Below, one piece after another: positions 36,072 through 48,897 of a DNA stretch of 64,000 bases. Every line of letters begins with the position of its first letter. The first letter of the stretch is position 1. A program made the translations under genes and the position numbers. The notes under the pieces are model-generated. The model was not told the DNA's origin. It searched no databases and saw only the letters and a program-made list of their open reading frames with translations. This stretch comes from Centroscyllium fabricii (taxonomy: Eukaryota): positions 59,458,001 through 59,522,000 of the forward strand of contig JBNRSN020000006.1 in assembly GCA_051313645.2 (NCBI GenBank), read 5' to 3'.

Positions 36072-39000
36072 CATAAGAACATAAGAAATAGGAGCAGGAG
36101 TAGGCCAATCGGCCCCTCGAGCCTGCTCCGCCATTCAACAAGATCATGGCTGATTTGATCCTAACCTCAATTTTATTTTTACTCTCCATCCCGCCCAAAC
36201 CCATGTGATCACCCGGGAGAGGCAAAAAAACAGATAAAAACCCAGTGGCCAATTTTGGAGAAAAAATCTGGGAAATTCCTCTCCGACCCATCTAGGCGAT
36301 CGAAAACTGGTCCAGGAGATCACATAGCCGATCTGAACCTAGCCTCACGTCCACTTACCTGCCCACTCACCATGACCCCTAATTCCCTTTACTTCCAGGA
36401 AACTGTCTATCTCTGTTTTAAATTTATTCAATGTAGTAGCTTCCACAGCTCTCTAGAGCAGCAAATTCCACAGCCCCACCACCCTCTGAGTTAAGAAGTT
36501 TCACGTCATCTCAGTTTTGAAATGGCAGCCCCTTATTTTAAGATTGTGCCCCCTAGTCCTAGTTTCACCCACCATTGGGAACATCCACACCGCATCCATC
36601 CAATCAAGTCCTCTCACAATCTTATATGTTTCAATAAGATCGCCTCTCATTCTTCTGAACTCCAATGAGTAGAGGCCCAATCTACTCAACCTCTCGTCAT
36701 ATGTCAGCCCCCTCATCCCCGGAATTAACCAAGTGAACCTTCTTTGCACTGCCTCGAGAGCAAGTATGTCCTTTCTTAAATATGGATACCAGAACTGCAC
36801 GCAGGTACTCCAGGTGTGGTCTCACCAATACCCTGTACAACTACAGCAAGACCTCCCTGCTTTTATACTCAATCCCCTTAGCAATAAAGTCAACATTCCG
36901 TTGGCCTTCCTGACCACCTGCTGTACCTGCATACTAACTTTTTGTGTTTCCTGCACCAGGAACCCCAGATCCCTTTGCACTGAAGTACTTTCCAGTTTCT
37001 TTCCATTTAGATAATAACTCGCTCTATTATTTTTCCTGCCAAAGTGCATAACCTCACACTGTTCAGTATTATATTCCATCTGCCAAATCTCTGCCCACTC
37101 ACTTAGCATATCTATGTCCTTTTGCAGGTTTTTAATGTCCTCCTCACTCATCACACTCCCTCACATGTTTGTGTCATCCGCAAACTTTGATATGTTGCAC
37201 TTGGTCCTTTCCTCCAAATCATTAATATAGATTGTAAAGAGTTGGGGTCCCAGCACTGACCCTTGTGGAACACCACTAGTCACTGACTGCCAGTCTGAGA
37301 ACAAACCATTTATCCCAACTCTCTGTTTTCTGTTAGAAAGCCAATCCTCCACCCATGCCATAATATTACCCCCAATCCGTGATTTTTTATCTTGAGTAAT
37401 AATCTTTTGTGTGGCACCTTGTCAAATGCCTTTTGGAAGTCTAAATACAGTACATCCACTGGTTCCCCTTTATCCACCCTGTATGTTATGTCCTCAAAAA
37501 ACTCTAGCAAATTTGTCAAACATGACTTCCCCTTTGTAAAACCATGCTGACTTTGTCCTATTAAATTATGTTTATCCAAATGCCCTGTTACTGTTTCCTT
37601 AATAATGGATTCTAACAATTTGCCAACCACAGATGTTAGGCGAACTGGTCTATAATTTCTAGCCTTCTGTCTACTACCCTTTTTAAATAAAGGCGATACA
37701 TTAGCAGTTTTCCAATCTGCCGGGACCTTTGCTGAGTCCAGAGAGTTTTGAAAAATTATTACCAATGCATCCACAATCCCTACCGTCACTTCCCTCAAGA
37801 CCCTAGGATGTAAGCCATCAGGTCCAGGGGATTTATCTACCTTAAGTCCCATTATTTTACCGAGTACCACTTCCTTAGTGACTTTAATCGTAATTAGCTC
37901 CTCCCCCCCTAGAGCCCCCTGTTTATCCAGTGTTGGGATATTTTGAGTGTCCTCTACTGTAAAGACTGATACAAAATATTTGTTCAGCGTTTTTGCCATC
38001 TCCATGTCCCCTACCATTAATTTCCCAGTCCCATCCTCTAAGGGACCAACATTTACTTTTGCCACCCTTTTTCTTTTTATGTAAATATAGAAACTCTTGC
38101 TATCTGTTTTTATATTTTTTGCTAATTTACTTTCATAATCTATCTTCCCTTTCTTAATTAATCTTTTTGTTATTTTTTTAAAAGCTTCCCGATCTTCTAT
38201 CTTCCCACTAGATTTGGCAACATTATATAACCTTGTTTTTAGTCGGATACTCTCCTTTATTACTTTACTTAGCCACGGATAGCTGTTTTTTCTTTTACAC
38301 CCTTTTTTCTTCAGTGGAATATATTTTTCTTGAAAGTTGTAAAATAACTCCTTGAATACACGCCACTGATCATGTACCTTCTTACCCTTTAATCTGTTTT
38401 CCCAGTCCACCTTAATCAATTCTGCTCTCATACCATCATAGTCTCCTTTATTTAAGCTCAATACGCTTGTTTGAGATCCAACCCTCTCACCCTCTAATTG
38501 AATTTGGAATTCGACCATGTTATGTTCACTCATTCCAAGGGAATCCTTTACTAGGACATTTTTTATTAATCCTGTCTCATTACACAGGACCAGATCTAAA
38601 ATTGCTTGCCCCCTGGTCGGCTCGGTTATGTACTGTTCAAGGAACCAATCCCTAATATACTCAATGAACTCTTCCTCAAGGCTGCCCTATCCAACTTAAT
38701 TTGTCCAGTCAATATGAAAGTTAAAATTCCCCATCATTATAGCTGTTCCCTTATTACAAGCCCCAACTATTTCCTGATTTATACTCCGACCAACTGAGTT
38801 ACAACTGTTTGGAGGCTTATAGACTATGCCCACCAGTGTTTTTTTCCCTTTATTATTTCTTATTTCCACCCAAACTGTTTCACTATCCTGATCCTTTGAG
38901 CCAATATCATTTTGCTGGATTGTCGTGATTCCTTGCCTTATTAACATAGCCACCCCACCTCCCTTTCCTTCCTGCCTGTCCCTCCTCAATTCAATTCAAT

Positions 39001-40780
39001 TCAAGTTTTATTGTCATTGCAGAGTACTAGTACAATACAACGAGACGAAGACTCGACTCTCCCGAGAGTAATGCAAATAAAGTGTTAAATACCCTTGTAT
39101 GTTTAATTCCCAGTCTTGGTCACCTTGCAGCCATGTTTCTGTAATTGCCACAAGATCATACCCACATGTAATTATTTGTTCCGTCAATTTGTCTATTTTG
39201 TTACGAATACTACGTGCATTCAAATAAAGGACTTTCAAATATGTTTGACACTTCATTCCTGCTTTTTCCCTTTTTACAACTTTACCTTTATCTCCATACA
39301 TTCATTCGCTTCCTGACACACTCTGTCTTTTAATTCCCCCGTTGTTACCTATGTCCATTACCTTCTCTAGTGTCATTTTCATTATTTTCTCTCTAGAAAC
39401 CTCCACCCCACTAATTAGTTTAAAGCCCTCTCTACAACCCTAGTTATATGATTCACCAGGACACTGGTCCCAGCCCGGTTCAGGTGAAGTCCGTTCCGCC
39501 GGAACAGTTCTCTCCTGTCCCAGTACTGGTGCCAGTGTCCCAAGAAGCAAAACCCACTTCTTCCACACCAGTCTTTGAGCCACGCATTTAACTCCCTAAT
39601 TTTATTTGCCCTAGCTAAATTCGCTCGTGGCTCAGGTAATAAATTATTTCCCTTGAGGTTCTGTTTTTTAGTTTGACACCTAGCTGCTCATACTCCTGTA
39701 ACAGAACCTTCTTCCCTGTCTTATCTATGTCATTGGAACCAACATGTAACAGGACAACTGGATCCTCCCCCTCCCACTGCAAGTTTCTCTCCAGCCAGAA
39801 GAGATGTCCTTAACCTTGGCACCGGGCAGGCAACACAGCCTTTGGGACTCCCGCTTTTGGTTGCAGAGAACCCTATCTATCCCCCTGATGATACTGTCCC
39901 CTACCACTATAACATTTCTATTAACTCTCCCCTCTTGAATGGCCCCCTGTTCCACGGTGCTGTGGCCAGGCTGCTCATCCTCCCCACAGACCTGCTCCTG
40001 CCCTCACAGGGAGTAAGAGCCTCGAACCTGTTGGACAAGAGCAAGGCCTGCGGCTCCTCCAACACTACCTCCTGGATTCCAGTACCTACCTCACTCATAG
40101 TCACAGCATCCTGTCCCTGACCACGATCTACATTTAAATTAATTAAGTCTATTTGGTGTGGCTATCTCCTGTAACACAAAGTCCAGGTAACTCCCCCCCT
40201 CCCTGAATTGTCGCAATGTCTGAAGCTCGGACTGCAGCTCATCAACACAAAGCCGGAGTTCCTCGAGCAACAAACACTTGCCGCAAATGTAGTCACTGCG
40301 AGCATCAAGGGTGTCCATGAGCTCCCACATCTCGCAGCAGTAAAATGTCACCTGCTCACCCATTCTATATAATTAATTAAAGTTATTATTAGTTACGCAA
40401 AAACCCTTTGCCCCGATATAGCTGAATATCATGCTATTTAATAGCACTTTCCACTTATAAGGTATAAAGTGTAAAAGGGAATCAAGAGTACTTACCAACC
40501 AGCTGATTGCAAACCTCCTTTGGATTGCCCCACCACTCCTCCTCGGTAGTGTTGGCTAAACCTAAGATTAGGGACAGAAACAAAACAGAGAAGCACCCTC
40601 TCACCTCCCACTTGTCCGAACTCTCCCACTTACCAAACTCTCACTAGCACTCTATGCCCGGCGCACTCCGTGCATGCCGCACTAAGTTCCACCCCTTTTT
40701 AAAGCCAGATTCAACTTCTGGTTTTCTTCAAACTACTTTTAAATTAATAAATTTAATTTATTTTTACCTTAAACTCTCTT
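36072..40780 (-). mobile_element. Near full-length degenerate CR1 LINE (ORF1 zinc finger plus esterase, ORF2 APE-RT)
   Basis: ORF1 CCEMWE...YICGKC..LEELRL and VIVVGDSIIRGID; ORF2 [49 protein letters not shown]; tail cataagaacataag. Confidence 0.93.
38989..39085 (-). mobile_element. Short LINE 3'-tail insertion with (TTGAA)n
   Basis: attcaattcaattcaagttttattgtc...; AATAAA then TTGAA repeats on the minus strand; inside the CR1 endonuclease region. Confidence 0.65.
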
Positions 40781-41244
40781 AAATAAATAAATAAATAAAA
40801 TCAAATATACTTCTCCAACCTTTCACAGATTCACCACTTTCTGAACTCACTCCCAGCTCCCAGCAGACTTCATACTGTGCTGCAAGTGACAGACCAATGA
40901 CACACCAGCCAAATTCCTGCAAAGGCCAGCTCTTGATAATTCTATGCAGACCCCATGAACAATCAAGGGGCTCATCAGTTAACTGATAGGTGCTGGCCTT
41001 CCAAAACCCCAACCATGCACCTAGAATACAAACAAGAAGTATATTCAGTTTCTTCATCAGAACATTGACATTGTCTGTGACAATGTTTGTCCTGCTAAGT
41101 CCGAGATGCACTTTGAGATGGCAATATTGTATAACGTGGTTTATTTAGACAACATGGGTGTACACCTTTGGTGTAAGAGGTTGGCTTGAAGTTAATCTAT
41201 CCAGCAAGCTGAGAAGAAATCCGTGGCCTTTCTCCTTACAACTG

Positions 41245-41430
41245 CAGAGTGACGACTTCAGTAGTACGATCTCCAACCCTCACGCTTTGGGCGGGAGTCT
41301 ACTGGAATGGGCGATTGGTCGCCCGAGCGTTGCTACTGGCAACTCAGGAGAAACGGTCCTTGAATGCATGGTTCATCAATGCGCAGTCGTGGCCAATCCG
41401 TGTTGTCTGGGCCCTACTCGTTGGATCAGT
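41245..41430. promoter_or_regulatory. Promoter-like CpG-retaining patch (GC box, two CCAAT boxes, RFX X-box)
   Basis: GGGCGGG at 41289, ATTGG at 41314, GTTGCTACTGGCAAC at 41329-41343, CCAAT at 41393; non-repeat context. Confidence 0.5.
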
Positions 41431-41666
41431 GGAATTTACTCGGTGTTTTTCATTGTGGTTCAATACTGTAGAAACATCACAGAAGTAGTTTTTCTTTGAA
41501 CATTACTGATCCTTAAATCTTTCTATTCTTTTGTGTTCTTTCTTTGATTTATAAATTACGTTATTCACCTCACTACAAAATAAAAAGTCAAATATTTTAT
41601 TCGGGGCCTGGTGATACTGAGACACTCAACTAAGATAAATAAAATAACATTTACAAACTGTGAGCA

Positions 41667-41757
41667 GATGTCACATGATCAAATGTCATGTGATTAAGCA
41701 CCACGAGTGGTGTCACAAGATCGAATGCCGTGTGATCAAATGTCACGTGATCAAATC
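41667..41757. repeat. Degenerate 15-bp tandem repeat with E-boxes
   Basis: Unit atgtcacgtgatcaa, about 5 copies (tcacatga, tcatgtga, tcacgtga). Confidence 0.7.
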
Positions 41758-42812
41758 TGGGGGACTACGTCAAACCAGAGTTGACATCCCTATTCTGTAG
41801 ACTAATCTGCGGGGGTTCTGGGGCCAGCATCAAGTTCTCCCACGGAATACAGAGTGCAACCCTGTGAAGGATCCTACATGTGATGGATCCTCAGCAGATA
41901 ATCCTTTGTAGAACATATAAATGGAACAAATGTAATACATGGTCATAGATCACTAATAATAGTTCAACTTATTATATTCATTAAGTCGTATCCCTTTGTT
42001 AATTTTCTTTATATTGTTTAAAGTAGAGAATAGAACTAGTATTCAATTTCAAACATTGTAAAGGCATACATGGTTTTCTTGTAATAGTTATAACAACTTG
42101 CATTTATATAGCACCTTTAACATAGTAAAAACAATGTTATGTAATAATTATTATTATGTGTTTAGTTTCGATGTATACTAATATGTATGGCACTTGTATA
42201 TTGTTAATTGAATGCGCGATCGCTCCATGATGGGAGTAAGCACATTATAGCAATTACACTTCTCTTGTATTGCTTTTGTTATTTTTTAGCATGATGCTCT
42301 AGCACGTCTGGAAATAAAAACTTTGTGAAATTGTGGAAAGTGTGCATGGCAGGACTGCTAGTGCCCCGCATATTTGCTGTAGACACTCTATCATTCTCCT
42401 TTTCATTGATGGCCACCCGGGTTCAGCATCTCTATCCAGCTGAGCAGAGCTTGGAGTGAAGTGCACCCTCTGACGTGGCTGTCCACAGCTGTGCCTGCCC
42501 ACCACTGTGCTCGTGCTCACTTGTGCCGTGCGACGCAACAGGTGACACCCCACCTAGGTGTCTAAAAGGACCCACCAAAATGCTTGTATCTGCGCTGGAG
42601 CCTGTTCGCATGTGACAGTGCACCCTCAGAAGAAACCGGCTTCTCTGAGGAATCCTCATCTGAAAAAGGCACAGGCTGCTGTTCTTCATTTAATGATCCT
42701 GGAGGAGAGACGAGATGGATATGATGTAGTCATGGGAATGTACAAATGTTGAAATGCACATGATTCAGGTGATCATATTTCATTCGGTGTAAATTCAAGT
42801 CAAGTTGACTTA

Positions 42813-45249
42813 GGGCTAGATTTAGCAGGGTGTCAGTGGGCACGATCGCTGGCGGGTCGGGTGGGAAAGTGTTTTTTTCCCCCAGCGGGTCGGGACCCCG
42901 CTGTGAAATCGCCGCCACACGCCTTTCCCCGATGCCGGGTCTGTGAGCACTGAACAGACCTGACAGGTAGTGGCGGATTCACAGCGGGAGACCCAATTCA
43001 GGTAATTAGTGGCTTGTTTACAGCCAGTTAAGAATGAATATCAGCTCACCTTCTGCATTTGACAGGTCGCCCATGGGGTTCACACTGGTCGTGGACCACG
43101 TCTGTCAAGCTGAAGCAGAAGTTCAATGCCATTGAATCAGCTGTTGAGTTGACAGCAGCAAAAATACATGGTAATGGAACAAGTAAAGAGTAAACATCAG
43201 CAATGTAAAGTAAAAGCTCCCACCTTAAAGGGATATCTTCCCTCAGCCACAAACTCTTCCTCATTGCATTTTTACAACAGCTTCAGCATGCTGCAAGTCT
43301 TTACACAAGCCTCCATCCAGTCTGACCTCATTATCTCTCTCACCATTGACAGATCACTTCTATCACCTCTACTTCATCTGCCATCTATTTCATCAGTGTG
43401 GGTAACCTTTATACTCTCTCACCTTGGTCCTCGGAATCCCACCACAATTAGCACCAACACCAGCATCACCAGGGACAGTAGTAGCACCAACAACAACAAC
43501 AACACCAACCTTCTCCACAATCACCTGATGCTGCATAGGACAGAGGGTGTTAGCACTCGACCATATCGCTGCCCAGGAGGCCAGCGATAGCATCACCATG
43601 GCCAGATTTATTTCACTTGATGCGGTACACCCTGGCTGTCACATGATGTGCCAGGTTGGCACCACCCCACACCAACACCATAAAGCATCGCTACAATGAC
43701 GAAACCATTCCTTTCACACTCATCACCATTGATGGAGGTACCGTTATGTCTCACCATTCACTACAACTCACTAAGCCACTTCCAAAAGTGCACACAAATC
43801 TGTCCAAGAATGCAAAGTGTTGAAAATAAAGGTTTCAATGTTTGACGCCAAATTAATAGCAACTTTACATGAACATTACATAAAACACCCAAGTGCCTAC
43901 CCTTGTGTGTTGTTAGTTGGTATGATTGGACTAGGATGAGGGTGAGTATGAGGGGTGACTAGTGAGATGGAGTTGTGTTAATGTGGATAGAGAGGGATTG
44001 GTGGAGGTGCACGGTAAGTGGATGTGAGTAAGGATGTGCAGGAGTAGGGTAGGGAAGGCAGAGTAATGGAGATGTGATGAGAGGCAAAGCAGGATGAGGT
44101 TGAGTGTGGCTCTGTGCTAACGTTTTGCGATCTACTGAAATCATTGAAAGGTTTGCGGCACTGCACCCAGGTCTTCCTGACCACATCCCTGCTTGTGCCC
44201 TCCTGTGCAATGTGCAACCAATTCAATTCAATTCAATTCAATTCAATTTTTGTCATTGTAAAGTGAACATTCACAATACAACGAAATGCAAACATGCAAT
44301 CTCCCAAGATATTAAAATGTCCTTTAGTCCCAGTCTGATCCATTCCATCCCACCAGGACGACCCGGTGCTGCAGCCACGATGCTCCCACTGCCCGGCCAC
44401 GCAGGCCCTGGCGCTCCGGCCCCGACGGCCTCGCAGCTCCCGGCCCCCGACGGCCTCACAGCACCCGGCCCCCGACGGCCTCGCAGCTCCCGGCCCCCGA
44501 CGGCCTCGCAGCTCCCGGCGCCGGACGGCCTCGCAGCTCCCGGCGCCCGACGGCCTCGCAGCTCCCAACGGCCTCGCAGCTCCCGGCGCCCGACGGCCTC
44601 GCAGTTCCCGGCGCCCGTTGGCCTTGCAGCTCCCGGCCCCCGATGGCCTCGCAGCTCTCAGCACCCCGGCGCTCCAACCACGATGGCTTTGGTGCGTCAA
44701 CACCAGTGCTCCGATTGAGGAGCACCGGTGCTCTACTCCACTGACCCCGCCGTCCTCTCCAGGAACAGTGTGGGAACCAGGGACACCATCAATCTGGGAG
44801 CCGCCATCTTGTTCCCAGCATTGTGACCAGACTGTGTTGATCTCCTGGGGAGGTCTCTTCTGCCCATGGGATGGGAAGCGGACCTCCCTGCATGCTGTGA
44901 CACCCTCCTTAAGCATATGGAGGGAGTCATGGTAGAGCCTGGGTGCAGCCCTGCACCTCTGTGCAGTGATTGACAGTGTTTGCAGCACCTCAATGCTGTG
45001 GAACACTGACAGCACAAATGTCAAATTACAGTTAGCCATGGTCCCTTTAAGGAAACCGGCATGACACGCCATCAAATGACTTCACCAGACCTGCTTCCTC
45101 TAATTGGTTGGGAAATGCACTGGGTGGGGATTAACAAGCCCAATCAAGGAAAATTCATTTCAGAGGCCGGAATGGAGATAGCAGCGGGGTCAGGACCCGC
45201 CACCGATGTCGCCCGCCATGGATGCGCCGAGGTTCATAAAACCACAGCC
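42813..45249. mobile_element. Internally deleted Harbinger transposon A (HARBI1 N-terminal remnant on +, Myb/SANT on -)
   Basis: TSD TTA on both sides, GGGCT/AGCC ends; Gln-rich QSPDAA.DRG remnant at 43.45-43.58 kb; Myb APRLYHDSLHML..GV..REVRFP...W.HIAQE...RKTWVQCRKPFND. Confidence 0.75.
44221..44825 (-). mobile_element. Non-autonomous composite retroelement (AAGATGGCGG head, VNTR, (TTGAA)n tail)
   Basis: Interrupts the Myb ORF (compare the uninterrupted copy at about 60300); flanked by ACCA on both sides; 22-bp tandem repeats at 44415-44660. Confidence 0.75.
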
Positions 45250-45282
45250 TTAGTCTTGTCGGAGATGTGGGTCAGAGAGATT

Positions 45283-46202
45283 GGGGGAAATTTTAACCCC
45301 AAAAAACGGGTGGGCTGAGGTTGGGTGTGAAGTTAAAGAGTTAAAAAACTGAATCCTGACCCCAACCCATGCACGTCTGGATTTAACGGAGACAGGTAGC
45401 CAACGCACTCCGAGGAGGCGGGTCTGCCATTTAAATATTATAATGAGGTTCCGTGCCTTATGGTGATCCACCTTTTTAAATTTAACTCTGGCTGCCAGGG
45501 TTTCCCAGGCCTCAGGGAACCCACCAGCTAAAGGGAGGCGAGGGCTGCTGGATCCAGGAGGTAAGTGCCTTTCTACTTACCTGCTGGATCCAGTGTTCCT
45601 GCCTCGCCAACCCCCTGCAATCAGCCACCCTGACCTTCCAATCTCCCCCAAGGCCTCTGATCTGTCCCCTGACCCTTCTGATCTCCTCCCGACTTTCCCC
45701 CTTCCGCCCCTCCCCCCCTGCTCCCCCCCCCCCCGCACCAAGGCTTCTGACCCCCCACTACGAGGCCTCCTATCTCTGATCCCCCTTTGGCTCCCGATCC
45801 CTCTCTGGCCTTCTGACCTCCCTCCTCCGGCCCCAATCTTCCTCTGACCTCCCCTCCAGCCCCGATCCTCCTTCAGCCTCCCTCCTCTGGCCTCAATCCT
45901 GCTCCAGCCTACCCCCTCCAGCCCCGATCTTCTTCCAGCCTCTGAACTCCCCCCAGCCCCTGCCCCCACCAATCCCTCCCTCCCTCCTCTCTGTGGCCTG
46001 TCCTGTTGCTGCAGGCCTATCCACCCAATAGACAGCCAGCCTCTCCATCTGGCTGGCTGTGGGCGGAAAACAGTGATTCTAAGTGCTAATCGGGCACTGC
46101 CATCAAATTTGGCAGGGCCTGTGGGAAACCCGTTCTCCAGGTTTTCCCGACCGCCTTCCAACCACCTCGCTCCCTACACGCCTCCAAATTAAAATTCCGG
46201 CC
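45283..46202. mobile_element. Harbinger-type MITE
   Basis: GGGGGAAATTTTAA / TTAAAATTCCGGCC ends; TSD ATT/ATA; C-rich internal repeats. Confidence 0.65.
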
Positions 46203-46949
46203 ATAAATTCTGTCACCCTGTCACCATGAAATACGAGTCTCGCCATCTCTGATGCTCAGTGAGGCTGACATGCCACTTACCTCCAAAGCCTCCTGCTCGG
46301 GATTTGTGAGCTCCTCCATCTGTGCTGGTCCTCTCCCTTCTATTCTGCGCTCTTTTCTCCTGAAAGGGGGCATGACAGAGCTCTGTGTCTGTAAGGTATG
46401 TGTGCAACCGATGGATGCAGTGCCTTTGGTGAGGATGACTATTGGACAGATGCATCACAAGTCTCCGTGACACACACATGAGGATGTGTGTTGAGAATTG
46501 GGGGAGCTGACTGAGGTGGGATCACATTATATAAGGATTGGGGTGAGTGGATGGAGAAAGGGAAAGGTGAGGCATTGAAAAAGAACAGTGATACTACTGA
46601 AACTGAAGAGGGTGTGAGGAGTGATGTGAGTGGTGTACAATTGACAAGACACAGTGAGAGGGGTGCACTACAGGATGTAGGTGAAACTGAAACTTTACTA
46701 ACTTTTCCTGACCTAAAAATGCTTCCTACACTGGATACTCGTGCTGCTCACTTCTGGGCCTGCCTTTGTTGTGGCATCAGGTTTTTTTTGCCATTGCTAG
46801 GGAAAAGCACTTCCTTCCTCACCCCTACTGCACGCAGCAGCACTTGTAGGGACGCCTCATTAAACACGGCACAACTTTTGCCCTCCCTGATTCCATCTCA
46901 CAATTTTCACTTCACTTAACACAATCCACACAACTCCTCCCAATTATAT

Positions 46950-47347
46950 CCCGCCACGGCAGCTGGTGGAATTTAAATTCAATTCAATTTAATTCTGGAA
47001 TTAAATGTTAGTCTTAGTGATGGAGATCATGATACCATTGTCTATTGTTGCAAACAACCATCTGGTTCACTAATGTCCTTTAGGGAAGGAAATCTGCTGT
47101 CCTTACCTGGTCTGGCCTACATGTGACTCCAGACCCACAGCAATGTGGTTGACTCTTAATGCCCTCTGAAATGGCCTAGCAAGCCACTAAGTTGTAAACA
47201 ACCACTACGCAACATTGTGGGTGTACCTACACCATATGGACTGCAGCGGTTCAAGAAGGCGGCTCACCACCATCTTCTCAAGGACAATTAGGGATGGGCG
47301 CTAAATGCAGACCTAGCCAGCCAGCGACGCCCACATCCCATGAACAA
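46950..47347 (+). mobile_element. SINE with CR1-group LINE tail (5' truncated)
   Basis: Core ccttacctggtctggcctacatgtgactccagacc; tail shared with 8255-8360. Confidence 0.75.
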
Positions 47348-47925
47348 ATATATATATATTTTTTTAAAGTGGGCCTTTAAGTAGTCACGTTGAAATCGTG
47401 CAATGCGGATAAACATCACTTACACGCAGTGGCAATGTAAAACCCGTAAGTAAAATCATAATGAAGCATCCCTGCTGAAATGGGGCATTTTCATGCCTCC
47501 CATGAGTTTGCGCTATCGCACTCCCCCACCCCTGCCCCCCGCCGCCCCCCCCCCCACACACACAACCACCCCGACCCCACTCAGATCTCATTTTCATGTT
47601 AACTAACCTCTTTCAGATACAAATTGAAAACCAGCAGAATGGTGCCTGTTCAGTCTCCTTGCCACAACACTTATGGTTTCTGGATTAAACTGCGCTGCTG
47701 TGTACAGTGTTCTTGCATCCCTTGAGTCCAGCTGAGAATCATAGAGTAAATTTTACCAAAGTGGCTTGTCCGCTGAGTGTGCATATCGGGAAATCATGGC
47801 AATTTACCTTCATATATTCGTGTAGTAGGTGGTTTAACTTTTGCCTGTTGAAACATACAAATGATGTCCTTTACAAAAATGTAATTGCAAACTTTTCATA
47901 AGCGTCCATTCACAATACTGTACTA

Positions 47926-48375
47926 CAGGTTGAGCACCGTTAATCCGGCATGGGTGGGACCAGGCCCGTGCCCGGAAAGTGAAAATCCCGAACGATTGAA
48001 GCTTCGGCGAGCACATGCGCAGACCATTTAAAATGGCCACCGCGAAAGGCCAGCGGCCATTTTGAGTGGTCTGCACATGCGCTTATCGTTTGAGGAGTCC
48101 CGACCCACGATCGGGGAGTCCCGGCCCAGCATCGTTCGGGGAGTCCTGGCCCAGCCCGCGTTCGGGGAGTCCCGGCCCAGCCAGCGATCGGCTCGGAGAG
48201 ACCATTGTGAATGATCTGCGTATGCGCTCGCCGTTCGGCAGCGCATGCGCAGATCATTCACCGAAGCATGAGTCGCGGCGGCCATTTTGCGCATGCGCGG
48301 GGCATTCGGGGAAATTATTGCCAGATGTTCGAAGTTGCCGATTTTTCGGGTGACGGATTAACGCCGCTCAACCTA
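47926..48375. mobile_element. Tc1/mariner (Tigger/pogo-type) MITE
   Basis: TIR CAGGTTGAGCACCGTTAATCCG / CGGATTAACGCCGCTCAACCTA; TA TSD; internal palindromes and 22-bp repeats. Confidence 0.8.
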
Positions 48376-48684
48376 TACTACAAGGCAAACAAGTGTGTTG
48401 AAGATATTAAACAAGCAGCAATGTTGGAGAATTTTATTAGTATTACTTCACATTGGCCCTATAAAGTAATAGTAAGGTTCAAATAGAAACAGAAAATGCT
48501 GGAGACACTCAGCAGGTCAAGCAGCATCTGTGGAGCGAGAAACCAAGTTAACGGGGGTGATTTTATCAATGGGGACGTGATGGAGGCGGGACTGCTGCTT
48601 GTCGGGTTTTAGTCCCGCATCCATCGACGTCCGGCCAACCCACGCTATTTTCCCTTGATTGACCTTGTTAAGCCCATCCAGCGG

Positions 48685-48897
48685 GCTTGTATATTTGTTA
48701 TTTCCCCCCCTCTCTCAGACTCTATTCCTGACATTATATCTGGTAATTTTGTAAAATTGTGCATTTGGTGTATTTTGTTTTTCTTTTATGTGGATTTTAT
48801 GTATTTTCTAAGTGGACAGCATCATCACCAGGTTACATTCCTTGTACATTCAATGCACTTGGCAATAAAGTTGATTCAATTCAATTCAGTTCAATTA
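48685..48897 (+). mobile_element. LINE 3' UTR fragment with (ATTCA)n tail
   Basis: ...cttggcaataaagttgattcaattcaattcagttcaatt. Confidence 0.65.

Larger units (their letters stand above)
42300..46930 (-). mobile_element. Degraded Harbinger Myb/SANT gene (exon-intron remnants) hosting nested elements
   Basis: FNEASLQVLLRAVGVRKEVLFPSNG at about 46.8 kb, donor gttagt, acceptor ccctttcag then EKRAQNRRERTSTDGG at about 46.3 kb; further remnant at 42.3-42.7 kb. Confidence 0.6.

Noticed and set aside
44104-46161. Pro/Gly/Arg-rich ORFs of 190-280 aa
   Set aside because: They arise from VNTR and C-rich MITE sequence.
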